A stretch of DNA of 64,000 nucleotides from a virus (taxonomy: Duplodnaviria > Caudoviricetes): IMG/VR virus record IMGVR_UViG_3300022074_005559. One strand, given 5' to 3'. The notes beneath the pieces are model-generated. The model was given only the letters and a program-made list of their open reading frames with translations. It did no database searches and was not told the origin of the DNA. Each line of letters starts with the position of its first letter. The first letter of the stretch is position 1. The position numbers and the translations under genes are program-made. Shown here piece by piece: positions 10,201 through 20,499 of the stretch.

Positions 10201-13200
10201 GTACTTGAATGTATTGTACTGATCCAAACTACGGATTTTATGCGCTACACTTAGGAAACTAGTTTTGAAAATCCAATCCTGTGTAAATGTAGTTTCATTT
10301 AATGCATATTCCATAAGTCTAAAGAACAGTTCGTTCATGTTTGTTGCGAAAGTATCAATAAACAAATCTTCTTTGATTGCTTTGATTATTTGTCTAATCT
10401 CATCTGCAGGAATCTTATCATATGGTGCAAAGTCAAAACCGTCATTGTCAAATCCAGTTGCATGCAATGCAGTGCTCAAAGCAGCAAAACTATACAAACT
10501 TGCATTCAATGCAAGAGTTCCACGCTCAATAATAACTTCATCCCAGCCTGTGTCTTTCTTACAGAACATACTGAAGTTACCTTCGTCATTGCTGGTTACT
10601 TTTGCAATATCCCCCGTTACTGCTTGAGTAAGAGTTAGAAGATCTGCTTCCAGTGTGACTTGGTATTTTGGTACAGTAGTGCTATCGTATCCTGATGAGT
10701 AATAAGTTTTGTAACTCCAATAGTCTTGTGTATTATAACCTTGGATATTAGCAAGTAGCCAAGTCTTGTCACTTTGCAGTTCGTAGATTGTCCAATAATC
10801 ACTATTTGTGCTATCCTCAAGCACTAGTACTTTGTACCCTGTGCTTAATGTAGCAGTGTTTAAGAAATCTCTTTCTTCAATATTATCAACACTTATGTTG
10901 TACTCGCCACTGTTTACAGTTGGAATATTCTCACTGCTTAATAGTTTTGATAGGTCTGCGTTTCTTGCAAATGGTGCTGTAGCAAAAATACTATTACAAT
11001 ATTGTACTAAAACTTTTAATGCACTTGCACGATTTACAAACATGCCTTGACGTGGTTGTGTAAGCACACCGTACTTTTCTACTTCGCTTAGGAACGGATC
11101 AGGTACAATGTTGCCTACACTATCACTGCCTGCTAGACTGTCTACTAGTTTATTGTATATTCTAGTAGGTATACTTTGATCTATGTTGCCTCTGCCATAT
11201 AGTTCAAACTCACTATGTAGTACACCTTCGTTTTTAACTACATCATAGTTAACACTTAGCACAACATCTTTGTCTGCAAAATATTGTTTACAGTTAAACA
11301 ATGCTATAGCATCTGTGTCTAAAAATGCTGCATAAGGAAGACCTTGTGCTTTCGGATCCTCAATAAGTGCTTTTACACTGTCTGCACTCAATGTGCGGAA
11401 CCCTGCTTCTGCAGGTATACTAGTACGTCCACCTACCCAGAAGAACCAATGCTGTCTTGTGTGATTGTGTTTTGGATCATACACAATAGCAGTAGTAAAC
11501 TTGCTTAGATCTTTTACAAAACCTTCACCGTTATACTGATCCGGTGGTACATCACTCATCATCCATTCGTAGATGTCAATGCTGCTACCAGGAAATGATT
11601 GAGCCCAGTAGTTTGTACGGAAATCAATATTTCCCTGCTCAGCATTAAGATAATGCACAGTGCTTGTATCCCACCATAATCTATATTCTTGCTTGTAGTT
11701 CCAAATGTTGTTATCATACAAGCATGGATCATTATGACTAATATAGTCAAGTTCTGCTTTAGCTACACCAGCAATCTTGCCTTTTGCAGGATCAATATAA
11801 TCTAGGAATACACTGATTTCTCCTGACTTTTTATTGTAAAGTGCAACACGATTAATCTGATCTACATCAACTCTGTTGCCCTCACTGCGTAAAACCTGCC
11901 AACTTGCAGTACGCAGGTTGTTGTTAAACTCATAAACGCTGCCGCTATTTTGTAGATTGGTTGTGCCTCTGGTTGTATCATCACCTGGGCTACCAACAAA
12001 TACTCTATTGTCGCTGAATGCTACACTTGCACCAAACTGATCAATAGCATTGACGTTAGTGCTGGTTAACTGCTGTCCAAATACAAGTTTACTAGGATTA
12101 GTTGCGCTTTCATTGTAGGCATTCATTAGCTCGTAAATGTAAGCTGCGCCACTTTGTGTACGTCTATCTGTGAATGTTGTACCATTACCATCATATGTTG
12201 TAGTTGCCGACAAATAGTTCTCACTGTTACTGTTGTCCTCAACGTCAAATCCTACTGCTAGCATAGTACTAGCACGGTCACTGCTGATAACAAGATTGCG
12301 TGTACCAGGGAATGAATCTGTACCTACACCAATGTGCTTGTCAAATGCCAGTGCGTTACCAAAGTTTTCGTTTTCAAATCCTTGTGGATGATTAATCTTT
12401 TGTGTAAATGTGAACGGTGCAATGACTGTGTCTCTAATAAACATTTGACCAGTGCCACTAACAAGACGAAGTTTAGTTTCCAACTCATCGCTAGTGCTGG
12501 AAATCACTAAACTGCCTACACTGTTTACACTGGCTGTAACAAGCGGAATATTTGCATCGTTAATGTCTGCTTTAAGATCATTAGCATCTGAGCTTGTGTC
12601 TCCAACTACGACTTTGTATCCGTTAATATAGAGAATATCACCTGCAGTTTGCGTATGATTACTACTACCAGTTACTGAACCATAGTTTTTACCTGTATCT
12701 TGGAATACAAAAACACTGCCTGTGTTAGGATTAGTTTCATCTTCACCTGGGCTGCCGACAGCAACAATACCGCCTTTACTGTCAATGGCAATGCTGTGTC
12801 CAAAACGCTCGCCTTCTGTAATAGTGTCTCCGGCAGTGGTTTGAGTAAGTCTTTGCTTTTCTGTAAACGTACCGGTGCACACTTTAATACTACTTCCGTT
12901 AGTTGGTGTGAACTTAAATGTAATAGTGTTACCACTGCGTGTGTAGAATCCTTGTGTACTACCTTCGTTGTCTGTGCCGGTGTCTGTGTTATCTGTTTCA
13001 ACTTGCAATACACCATCTACTTCTACAAAAATCTTTGCTTGTAAATCGTTGCCTGTGGTGTATACTTTTGTACTGCCATTGCCTACAAAAGTTTCTACTA
13101 CCTGTGAAAATACATATGCTTCACCTGCTTCACCAAGCACAGTACTAGTTGTGTTCGGTACTGCGGCTTGCGGAGCACCAACTGCAACTGTTTCGCCAGT

Positions 13201-16200
13201 GTAGTCAGCATCTAAACTAAATCCAAAGTTGTCGCCTATTAGGCTATCGTGTCCTGAGAAACTTGAAACCTGTGCAAAATAATCTTGTTGTCTAACAACA
13301 ATATCTAATCCACTAGCAGGTGTGCTTGTGAATGTTATTTCATCGTGACTCAGTGTAAAGTCTTTGTTAGGCAAATATACTTTACCATTTTCGTCAACAA
13401 TGTTCAGTGCTTGTAAACTTTGCGGAACAAAGTCTAAACTGTAAGTTGCAGCACCTGTGGTAGAGATTGTAAAGCTCTTTTCTAAACTTGTTGGAATATC
13501 TACAAATGCATAAGCATATACTTTGTTTGCACCCGGAGCACTTGCAAATAGATATCTGCCATTACCTGTAAGCACTACTCTAGTACCAAACTTATCATTT
13601 ACAGTGATGTCACTTGGACGTATGCTTGGACGTCTGTTGAATGTGCCTGCACTGTCGATGTAATACAAGAATACAGCACCTGCATCACTTTGTGTTTCTG
13701 ATGCACCTACTGCAACATATTCATCGCCAGCAGCAACACTTGCGCCAAATCCATCTACACTATCACCAATAGTGGTTACTGTAACACTGTTGCTTTCTAA
13801 CAGTGTCCCGCCTTCACTGCGTACATAAGGAGTAATCAATCCTGTTCCATAGTTTGGTGCACCTACAACTGCAAGAGTAGAACCTTTGTTAACTGCTACA
13901 CTTGTGCCTAAGTTATCGTTAGCAGTAACACTTGCGTTTGTTTTTGTACCTGTTGTAGTCCATGGTCTGCTGTTTTGTAGTACACTCCAGTCGCCGTTGG
14001 TGTCTTTGTCTACCCAGACAAGTTCTTTGTTGTCCCAACCACTTACTGGTGTATAACTAGCCATGTCACTTGCTTGTGTAAATCTCACATTGCTAAGTTT
14101 GTACATTGGAAGTGAAACGTCTTGTATATCTGCATCAGTTGTAGCATCTGCAATAGTAAACTTATTAGGAGCATCTACACTGTAAATCTTTGCAACTTTT
14201 CCAATAGGCTGTTGTGCTCGAATAATAACATAATCATCTTTCACCAATCCATGATTGATGTCTGTTGTATACACAAGGTACCCGTTACCTGAACTTGCTA
14301 CACTGGTAACACTGCTTAACACTTCGTCTATTCTTCTAACAGCCCAAGTATTTGTTGTGTCTGTAGCAACCCAAATCTTTTTGCCTTTACCAAGTATTCC
14401 GATTTGACCGCTTAGTGATTCTAACTGATCACCACCGAAGGCAGTAAAGTCTACATCATCTAAACGTGCATATCCTGCACTGTCTAAATCCTTAAGTGTT
14501 ACACCGTTTGTACCACGTTTTGCAAATACATGACCTGTGTAGTTTTCTGGTGTCTTGTATAAATCTTTTCTTTGTACATGATAATGAGTAATATTATCAT
14601 CGGCAGGTAAGTCACCATCAGCATGGAAATGCAGTACAAATGGATTATTAGTTGCTTGTTCTTCAGGGATAATAGTTTCAATAACTTGGTTACTGCTGAT
14701 ACTGCCGTACTCGCCAACACGGAATGCCCACTCTTCAAAGAAGTCAATGGTCTGATCTAGGTTAGTAAGTTCTGCATCAATAAGTTTATTAATAGCAGTG
14801 CTTGTACCTTTTTGTTTAATCATGCCTTGATAGAACTTGACCTGACTTACATCATCTAGTCCTAGTCCTGCAAGATAGCTCTTATTGTTAAAGCCAATAA
14901 TACCCTTGCCTAGTTTATCTACACCATCTTCAAGGTTTAGATTATCTAGTTCAAAATAGTTTGTAAACTCGTTAGCCTTGTTGCTGAGATTTTTAACCAT
15001 GCCTGTCTGCATGTTGTCTGCAACTGTCCAGTCATTGTAATCAAATGTTTTACTACCTGCTACACTGTACTTTGCTACATAGGTTTTAGATTGGAAACTA
15101 ACTATATCACCTTTTTTGTAATCAGTGTAAGTTTCCCATATATTGATTTTATCTTCATTAATAAAGAAACCTGGAGCATGCATTGTGCCATTCCAGTCTC
15201 CACTCTTACTTCCAACAAGTTTAAGTCTACTGTGTCTGTTGCCTAGTTCAGGCTGATAAATGATATCATTAAAGATTGTTTTGTTATTGAACACAAGCAC
15301 ATGTTCGTATTGTACAGGATCTAACTGCACTGAATATAGTTGAGTTGCTTCTGGATCAATGTTAATAGTTGTAATATTGTCACTGCGAGTAACATCATAA
15401 TATTTTGGATTTATTGTAGCACTGTTGGCATCTTTAATATTGCCTTTGTTTACAATATCATCCACAGTGGTAAATGCTCTGTTAAGTGTAAGGTTTTCAC
15501 TGTATGGACTTATTACAATAACACTACCTTCTTGCCATTTTTGATCTGTCCAAAATGCAAACTCTTTTCCTGCACTAACAAAGTCATTCTTTTCACCTGT
15601 GCCTGTTGTACCATCGAATACAAATCCTCTACTAAGAAGATATCTCTGATATGCAACTAGGAAATCAAATACTTGCTGTCTTGCAGGAATAACAGTTCCA
15701 TATGGGACACTGATGATTTTGTTTTCGAACTCTGTATATTCAAAGTAAGTTGTCTCTCCAACTTGTATAACTTTAGGATCATTACCTCTTGCACTAGGTA
15801 TAACTTTAAAGAATGGATTTTCTGTATCGTAACCTTGTATTTCATAACCATCTGCTCTGCGAATAATCTGCACACCACTGTATACTACTCGTTCTAGAGG
15901 CAAACTTTTTTTCATATACAAAAACAAATCTTCATCTGGAATAAAGATATTTTCTGTTTCTGCACTTGGCGTAATACTTTCTGCAATGACTTTAAGATAT
16001 TTCTTATCACTAAAGCCTGCTAGTCCATAGCAAAGATTAAGTTCTAGGTTATTGATTTTTGTAATAGCATCGTCAATACTAAATCCAGTGCTTCTCAAAT
16101 ATTCTGCAATAAACTGATTATAACCTTCTACTCTTATAATGTCGCCATCGCCATCACTTTGTCCGTGCATTTTAAAATCAGCAATACCCGGTCTGTAACT

Positions 16201-19200
16201 TTTGCCTTTTTGCAGTATTTGGTCATACGCACTGTTGTACTCATTCAAGTTTGTATCAAACATCAATGTGCCGTACTTGGCTGGCTGTAAGTTAAGTGCC
16301 ATAATCTGTAAAACAAATGGATATTCACTGCTGCGGACCCATGCTGTTTCTGCTGGGCTACCATCGCTGTATGCCCAGCCATCCTTGATGTTGGTCTTGT
16401 TGCTGTCCTCCATCAAAAACTCACCAGGAGCAAGCAAGTTACCTTGTGCATCAACTGGGATAATGCTCATTAGATCTGGGCGTGTACGATTTAGTTTCAC
16501 TGTGTGTGTTGTGCTTGTGGCATCTGTATGGATCTTACCATCACGGATGTCTTCCCACATCACTGTGTTACCACCAGTATAAGGTGCTTCACCATAACGT
16601 GCGTCCCACCAACTTGGTTTAGTGCTAAGTCCAAGCATTTCCCATGGAGTAGTGTGAGGTGTGTCTGTGTCATAGAACCAACGGTATATTGCTCTCCAAT
16701 ATCCTGGTACACGTTGCTTGTTAAGTTTGTTTACTCCGTTGCGATAGTTCCAAGTAAACGGATCGTTACCGTCTGCTATTGCATTAGGCTGTGTGCGTAC
16801 ACGATTTCTTAGTGCCCACTCACCATAGTAACCACGTGTGATATTGTTTGCTTCTGCAAGAAAGTCTAGTGTTGCTCTAAAGTAACCTGGAATGAAATCA
16901 CAGAAATCAAACAAGTCTCTGTTGTACTGTGTTTTAATATTATTGTATACACGCTTTTCGTATTCAAACAGTACATCATCACGTAGATCACCCCACCCTA
17001 CATACTTACTACCATCATGTCCTTGAATAACAGTTTTAGCAGTTTTATATGTTGTGTCAGTGTACTTGCGTGGTTCAAACTTGTAATAGATACCCATCAC
17101 TGATGGAGTTGGTGGAGCAAAACTACCATTTGTATCTGTATATTCTACAATCTTTATAGTGTCGTTTACAGCAATACCAATGCGACTTGTACCCAAGTTG
17201 TTTACTGTTAAATGTATTTTTGCTTCTTCGGTATCAAAAGTATAATCTTTGCCTTCTATCAGCAGTGTAGTGTTATGATAAACTAGCACGCCTTGATTAC
17301 TAATGCTTGTTAAATCAAACTGTGTAGCAAACTCAAAATCTGTTTCTGTAACATCGTCAATGGTATAAACAAGTTGCGACTTTTGTGTGCCCCAAGGCAA
17401 CATATCACTGTAGTAGAATGGGAAACTACTGGTTTTCTTTCCTGCCATAAATGTAATGATATCATCTACACATTTTGCAGGGTCCGTTAAGTCTAGATCT
17501 AGTTTATCAATGTTGTCAATAAACTTATTTTTAAACTTTGAATATTCGTTTTTAACAAACACCATTGCCTTAATAGCATTAGTAGTTTCGTTGCTCATTG
17601 CATACATGGGCAGTTTCATACCTGCACTGTGTTGCATGATGTTGCCTGGATATGCCTTAAAGTTTTTATCTCTGAGGTTGCTCTTACCTGGAGCAACACC
17701 TGTTAAATCTTTAATATGTTGACTTAGTGTAACAGTATGGTTACGCACTTGTCCAAGTGTCAGTGTGTCAAAAGTTGCGTTGCCGGCATTGTTTTCCAAG
17801 TTTTTAGGAACTTCGTAAAAACTATTTGCTGCTTTTTGTGTGCTATAAAACTTAATAGTAATAGTATCATTTACTGTGCGGCTGTTAGTAAACACAATGT
17901 ATTCTCTGCCATACTGCACTAAGTGAGTATACTGTGATTTAGGAATAAACTTACCGTTAGCAAATACTTGCAAAGGCTCAATAGTTCTGTTAGTATCTAC
18001 GCTTGCACCAATCTCAAAACTATAAAGCTCAGTGTCCTTGACATCATGACTTACAATCTGATATTGGAAACTAGGATCTAATACTTTTGTCCAGCCATTG
18101 TACAATGTTCTTGCACCTTGTGCATCAAACTGATGAACGTGACCACTACGCACAATAACATTTACATTTCCTATTGATTTAGTGTATTGGAAAGTATCTT
18201 TGTCAAAGTTATTTTCAAAAACAATATCACCTAGTGTGCTAAAGTTTTGATATGTTAGTCCAAAACTCAACACACTGTCTGGGCTTGCATTGTTGTTACG
18301 CTTGTAACTGAACAGTTTACTTCCTGTAAAGTTACTGCTAGGATATTTTGTAATGTTACTGAAACTTACATGGTCTGGATCAAACACATCAAATAGTGGA
18401 TCTTGATTGATTTTTGTTTTCTGTTGTGCCGCTGTCCAAGTACCATCTTCTAGCCAATATTGGAGACCTTGATTATTACTACCATAAGAACTTAGTACAC
18501 AGTTTCCATCTACAATGTCAGTTATTGCTACAAGGTTAATAATAGGATTTGTACTAATGCTGCTGTCTTGGTCAATGAAATCTACACGATAAACTTTGTT
18601 TCTTACATCAGCGTCTGTATCAGCAGTGAATACAACTGTATTACCTTGTTGCAAATCAATGCCATCTGCAAAGTAACCTGTAGTACCATTTACGTTACTC
18701 AGTGCATCTGTTTCGCTAGTGTCTACCACAGTCACAGGCGCAACTGCACTAGTGCCCATGTTAAACAGTTCTAGTCCAAACGCAAACTCAACAATAGGAC
18801 GCTTTGCTCTAGCATCACCATCAATAGTGACTGTGTAGCCATTATATGCCGCGGTTGCTTCAATAACTTCTCTATGGAACCAACGGTTGCCTCGACTCCA
18901 AGCATTACGATCTGGACTTGCACGATTAATAACAATATAATCCTGTGTAGTAGGCGCATTAAGTGTGCCGTCCCAGCCGCCTGTATCATATGCTACAGTA
19001 TCAAACCCATCACTGCTGCTTGTTGTATAAGTTTCAGCAGTAACCAGTTCATCTACAGGTGTTAAACTAATACCTTGTGGTTGCCCTACGCCTTCAATAT
19101 AATATTCTCTGTCGGCATACATGCTAGGAGTTACATCACTGTTAAACTCCACTTTCAGTCCATTGGTAAATGTTACACCGTTACTACTTGTAAATCTCTG

Positions 19201-20499
19201 CTTGCCTATAATGTCATCATTCACATCAACAGGAGCAATAGTATCAATCTCAACAAGTTTGATTCTTCCAAATCTGTTTGCATCGTTACCGTCTTGATAG
19301 TATAATACATCTACGCCTGCTGTGTAAGGTGCAATCAGTTTTGGCACACCGCTAGCATCTTTAAAGAACTCTCTGTTGCCATAACCGTCACCTTGTTTGA
19401 TTTTTACTTTTTCGCCAACGGGCCAATCTGCACTGCGACGTAGTTGAATAGTGTCAACTCCGCCAATAGTGTTTACTTCGATTGCATATACATCATAACG
19501 TATACTCATGTCCAGCACAGTGGTTTCATCAAACGGATTATTGTCATCATCAAATCCATATGCATCAAACAGTGCGCCTTGATCCCAAGCATCTTCATCT
19601 GTAGTAGTATTAACAAACACCAATGACTTGCCATCTATGATTGTTTGTTTGTCAATACCGCCATGCTCTGTAATAAATGTTGAATAAGGCTGGTTGTGTA
19701 TTTGTCTATATGTTAGTGTTGTAGCAAAGTCAGGATTTGCAGCAAGTGTTGCATTAATCTCATCGTTTTGTGCATCTGCTGTTGGAACAACAAATGTAAT
19801 AGTGCCGTTGTCATCACCGTTATTAGTAACACCTAATACTTCTCTTGTACTAGTGCTTGAGCTATAACTGCTGATACCGCTAGTGCCTTGCTCTGTTTGA
19901 ATCCAAAATGGGTTGCCGTTTTGTTGCACTTCAAATGTATATGTGCCACCTCTTGCAAGGATAAGTGTGGGGTTAGGATCGGCGTCAGCACTATCAAACT
20001 CAAAACTGCTTTGCAAACCGTTTCTAAATACGGTGTAATCTCGTTCTGTGTCTACAATACTGTTGAATACTTGTACGCTGTCAGGTCCTGCAGGCAACCA
20101 AAAGTATTCGCCGTAGTTTACAAGTTTATCTAAATCAACAAAACCACTGTAGTTATAATAATCTTGGTTAAACAGATCACTATGACTGGCTGTATCTACG
20201 TTGTTGTATTTTAACAGGTTGACAAAATCTTGATAGCCTGTTAGACTTTCAATCTGTTTGTTAGGTGTTTTGTATACTACAGCAGGTTCCAACTGATAGT
20301 TTTGTCTGTCAGTTGTTGACTCTTGGATGTAACCATCACCTACTGTAAAGTTTGGTGCAAACTTGCGTCCAATAAAACTACTAACACGTTGTAGATTTGG
20401 TTCACTGATTAACTGATCAAGAGTTGCGTTTAAAAACTTTTTGTTTTTATCAGTTTGAAATAAGGAAGGTAATAGTTTTGAACTTTTACGAATAGCCAT
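7267..20499 (-). CDS. Giant baseplate wedge-like structural protein, 4410 aa
   Basis: Uninterrupted ORF coupled (TAATG) to gp6-like gene; FG-GAP-like propeller repeats, GSGY repeats, GDGST modules. Confidence 0.8.
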   Translation of the reverse strand: MAIRKSSKLLPSLFQTDKNKKFLNATLDQLISEPNLQRVSSFIGRKFAPNFTVGDGYIQESTTDRQNYQLEPAVVYKTPNKQIESLTGYQDFVNLLKYNNVDTASHSDLFNQDYYNYSGFVDLDKLVNYGEYFWLPAGPDSVQVFNSIVDTERDYTVFRNGLQSSFEFDSADADPNPTLILARGGTYTFEVQQNGNPFWIQTEQGTSGISSYSSSTSTREVLGVTNNGDDNGTITFVVPTADAQNDEINATLAANPDFATTLTYRQIHNQPYSTFITEHGGIDKQTIIDGKSLVFVNTTTDEDAWDQGALFDAYGFDDDNNPFDETTVLDMSIRYDVYAIEVNTIGGVDTIQLRRSADWPVGEKVKIKQGDGYGNREFFKDASGVPKLIAPYTAGVDVLYYQDGNDANRFGRIKLVEIDTIAPVDVNDDIIGKQRFTSSNGVTFTNGLKVEFNSDVTPSMYADREYYIEGVGQPQGISLTPVDELVTAETYTTSSSDGFDTVAYDTGGWDGTLNAPTTQDYIVINRASPDRNAWSRGNRWFHREVIEATAAYNGYTVTIDGDARAKRPIVEFAFGLELFNMGTSAVAPVTVVDTSETDALSNVNGTTGYFADGIDLQQGNTVVFTADTDADVRNKVYRVDFIDQDSSISTNPIINLVAITDIVDGNCVLSSYGSNNQGLQYWLEDGTWTAAQQKTKINQDPLFDVFDPDHVSFSNITKYPSSNFTGSKLFSYKRNNNASPDSVLSFGLTYQNFSTLGDIVFENNFDKDTFQYTKSIGNVNVIVRSGHVHQFDAQGARTLYNGWTKVLDPSFQYQIVSHDVKDTELYSFEIGASVDTNRTIEPLQVFANGKFIPKSQYTHLVQYGREYIVFTNSRTVNDTITIKFYSTQKAANSFYEVPKNLENNAGNATFDTLTLGQVRNHTVTLSQHIKDLTGVAPGKSNLRDKNFKAYPGNIMQHSAGMKLPMYAMSNETTNAIKAMVFVKNEYSKFKNKFIDNIDKLDLDLTDPAKCVDDIITFMAGKKTSSFPFYYSDMLPWGTQKSQLVYTIDDVTETDFEFATQFDLTSISNQGVLVYHNTTLLIEGKDYTFDTEEAKIHLTVNNLGTSRIGIAVNDTIKIVEYTDTNGSFAPPTPSVMGIYYKFEPRKYTDTTYKTAKTVIQGHDGSKYVGWGDLRDDVLFEYEKRVYNNIKTQYNRDLFDFCDFIPGYFRATLDFLAEANNITRGYYGEWALRNRVRTQPNAIADGNDPFTWNYRNGVNKLNKQRVPGYWRAIYRWFYDTDTPHTTPWEMLGLSTKPSWWDARYGEAPYTGGNTVMWEDIRDGKIHTDATSTTHTVKLNRTRPDLMSIIPVDAQGNLLAPGEFLMEDSNKTNIKDGWAYSDGSPAETAWVRSSEYPFVLQIMALNLQPAKYGTLMFDTNLNEYNSAYDQILQKGKSYRPGIADFKMHGQSDGDGDIIRVEGYNQFIAEYLRSTGFSIDDAITKINNLELNLCYGLAGFSDKKYLKVIAESITPSAETENIFIPDEDLFLYMKKSLPLERVVYSGVQIIRRADGYEIQGYDTENPFFKVIPSARGNDPKVIQVGETTYFEYTEFENKIISVPYGTVIPARQQVFDFLVAYQRYLLSRGFVFDGTTGTGEKNDFVSAGKEFAFWTDQKWQEGSVIVISPYSENLTLNRAFTTVDDIVNKGNIKDANSATINPKYYDVTRSDNITTINIDPEATQLYSVQLDPVQYEHVLVFNNKTIFNDIIYQPELGNRHSRLKLVGSKSGDWNGTMHAPGFFINEDKINIWETYTDYKKGDIVSFQSKTYVAKYSVAGSKTFDYNDWTVADNMQTGMVKNLSNKANEFTNYFELDNLNLEDGVDKLGKGIIGFNNKSYLAGLGLDDVSQVKFYQGMIKQKGTSTAINKLIDAELTNLDQTIDFFEEWAFRVGEYGSISSNQVIETIIPEEQATNNPFVLHFHADGDLPADDNITHYHVQRKDLYKTPENYTGHVFAKRGTNGVTLKDLDSAGYARLDDVDFTAFGGDQLESLSGQIGILGKGKKIWVATDTTNTWAVRRIDEVLSSVTSVASSGNGYLVYTTDINHGLVKDDYVIIRAQQPIGKVAKIYSVDAPNKFTIADATTDADIQDVSLPMYKLSNVRFTQASDMASYTPVSGWDNKELVWVDKDTNGDWSVLQNSRPWTTTGTKTNASVTANDNLGTSVAVNKGSTLAVVGAPNYGTGLITPYVRSEGGTLLESNSVTVTTIGDSVDGFGASVAAGDEYVAVGASETQSDAGAVFLYYIDSAGTFNRRPSIRPSDITVNDKFGTRVVLTGNGRYLFASAPGANKVYAYAFVDIPTSLEKSFTISTTGAATYSLDFVPQSLQALNIVDENGKVYLPNKDFTLSHDEITFTSTPASGLDIVVRQQDYFAQVSSFSGHDSLIGDNFGFSLDADYTGETVAVGAPQAAVPNTTSTVLGEAGEAYVFSQVVETFVGNGSTKVYTTGNDLQAKIFVEVDGVLQVETDNTDTGTDNEGSTQGFYTRSGNTITFKFTPTNGSSIKVCTGTFTEKQRLTQTTAGDTITEGERFGHSIAIDSKGGIVAVGSPGEDETNPNTGSVFVFQDTGKNYGSVTGSSNHTQTAGDILYINGYKVVVGDTSSDANDLKADINDANIPLVTASVNSVGSLVISSTSDELETKLRLVSGTGQMFIRDTVIAPFTFTQKINHPQGFENENFGNALAFDKHIGVGTDSFPGTRNLVISSDRASTMLAVGFDVEDNSNSENYLSATTTYDGNGTTFTDRRTQSGAAYIYELMNAYNESATNPSKLVFGQQLTSTNVNAIDQFGASVAFSDNRVFVGSPGDDTTRGTTNLQNSGSVYEFNNNLRTASWQVLRSEGNRVDVDQINRVALYNKKSGEISVFLDYIDPAKGKIAGVAKAELDYISHNDPCLYDNNIWNYKQEYRLWWDTSTVHYLNAEQGNIDFRTNYWAQSFPGSSIDIYEWMMSDVPPDQYNGEGFVKDLSKFTTAIVYDPKHNHTRQHWFFWVGGRTSIPAEAGFRTLSADSVKALIEDPKAQGLPYAAFLDTDAIALFNCKQYFADKDVVLSVNYDVVKNEGVLHSEFELYGRGNIDQSIPTRIYNKLVDSLAGSDSVGNIVPDPFLSEVEKYGVLTQPRQGMFVNRASALKVLVQYCNSIFATAPFARNADLSKLLSSENIPTVNSGEYNISVDNIEERDFLNTATLSTGYKVLVLEDSTNSDYWTIYELQSDKTWLLANIQGYNTQDYWSYKTYYSSGYDSTTVPKYQVTLEADLLTLTQAVTGDIAKVTSNDEGNFSMFCKKDTGWDEVIIERGTLALNASLYSFAALSTALHATGFDNDGFDFAPYDKIPADEIRQIIKAIKEDLFIDTFATNMNELFFRLMEYALNETTFTQDWIFKTSFLSVAHKIRSLDQYNTFKYDNTNFIEDFIEEVKPYKTKIREYISKYDKIDPFEGDTTDFDIHPFYDEDLGYFRKPSGEYAGDEITRTQGLNKPWGENYGYRLDDIVLVNAGSGYIDDPIVTISAPQLAGGIQAVATAKSNGDTIVSITVTNKGSGYTQNPTITITGSGTGCIVSPRLTNSTTRSFDTTIKFDRITYSSSIKDWAANTAYTAGDIVAYQNTKTKTQEVYTVAQTFTSGTTFSVENASGITVLTVKADADFTNTADRIAAYYYPTTGMIGDDLELLQKGTGYLGNKVLGAGFDQNPGFDSGNFDTVAFDALETDEDGLEVLGGLIDTNISSLFTDLALGTRPEDINVDGGKFVDTYNSHAPEELVPGRVYDTLDMEVYTHASQDYEKDGNAPVINYISYTDGDRSVFSYGDPAKSADDFEYILVYKNTTRVYDFTIDFNNKNVILATPLSGTDVLHIYAYGVTGEKIVGEYTFTGDGSTANFVLANTPDVTQQTLVYVDGVETTISVGSQDARSVIKFPATNIPVNGAHIHVTVYNQAEGRDAPSKVALQTVNLTAGTSTYDLDNTVNYAQPFSANVVVDLDGVRLRPANSKYHTGDGSTTQFAISTTSGETTIGNFNNFGVALIKKSDNQTTNMIKDQDYTIVNGDDFVTLNTAPADGDTVIVYNTTDAEYFIDGAGDQITIAGDVTFNSSSVLRVTTFANHDPVRIQTKVHVGKGTGSIVTEDAFDEVLFDSGGFDRESTTGITGTYSLDRTVTNVNNFWVTVDGVRLHPGDYEVSGTDLIMSTAQRDAIDGTSVVVITHISENRIQPSTGFRIFQDMNGEVEYLRLAKDATTFTTETVDKGDTKIYVDDVSKLPFVTASSEHPGVVFIGNERVTYTVVSRDDNYISGLRRGTAGTQIYTSIAPGFLVVDGSRDQYLPDNNTHTKTWYDLGESTAADGLGLQQSTTTNANFLREKEAQVPNYRLELNEKLYMVADYVEDDYVEELL

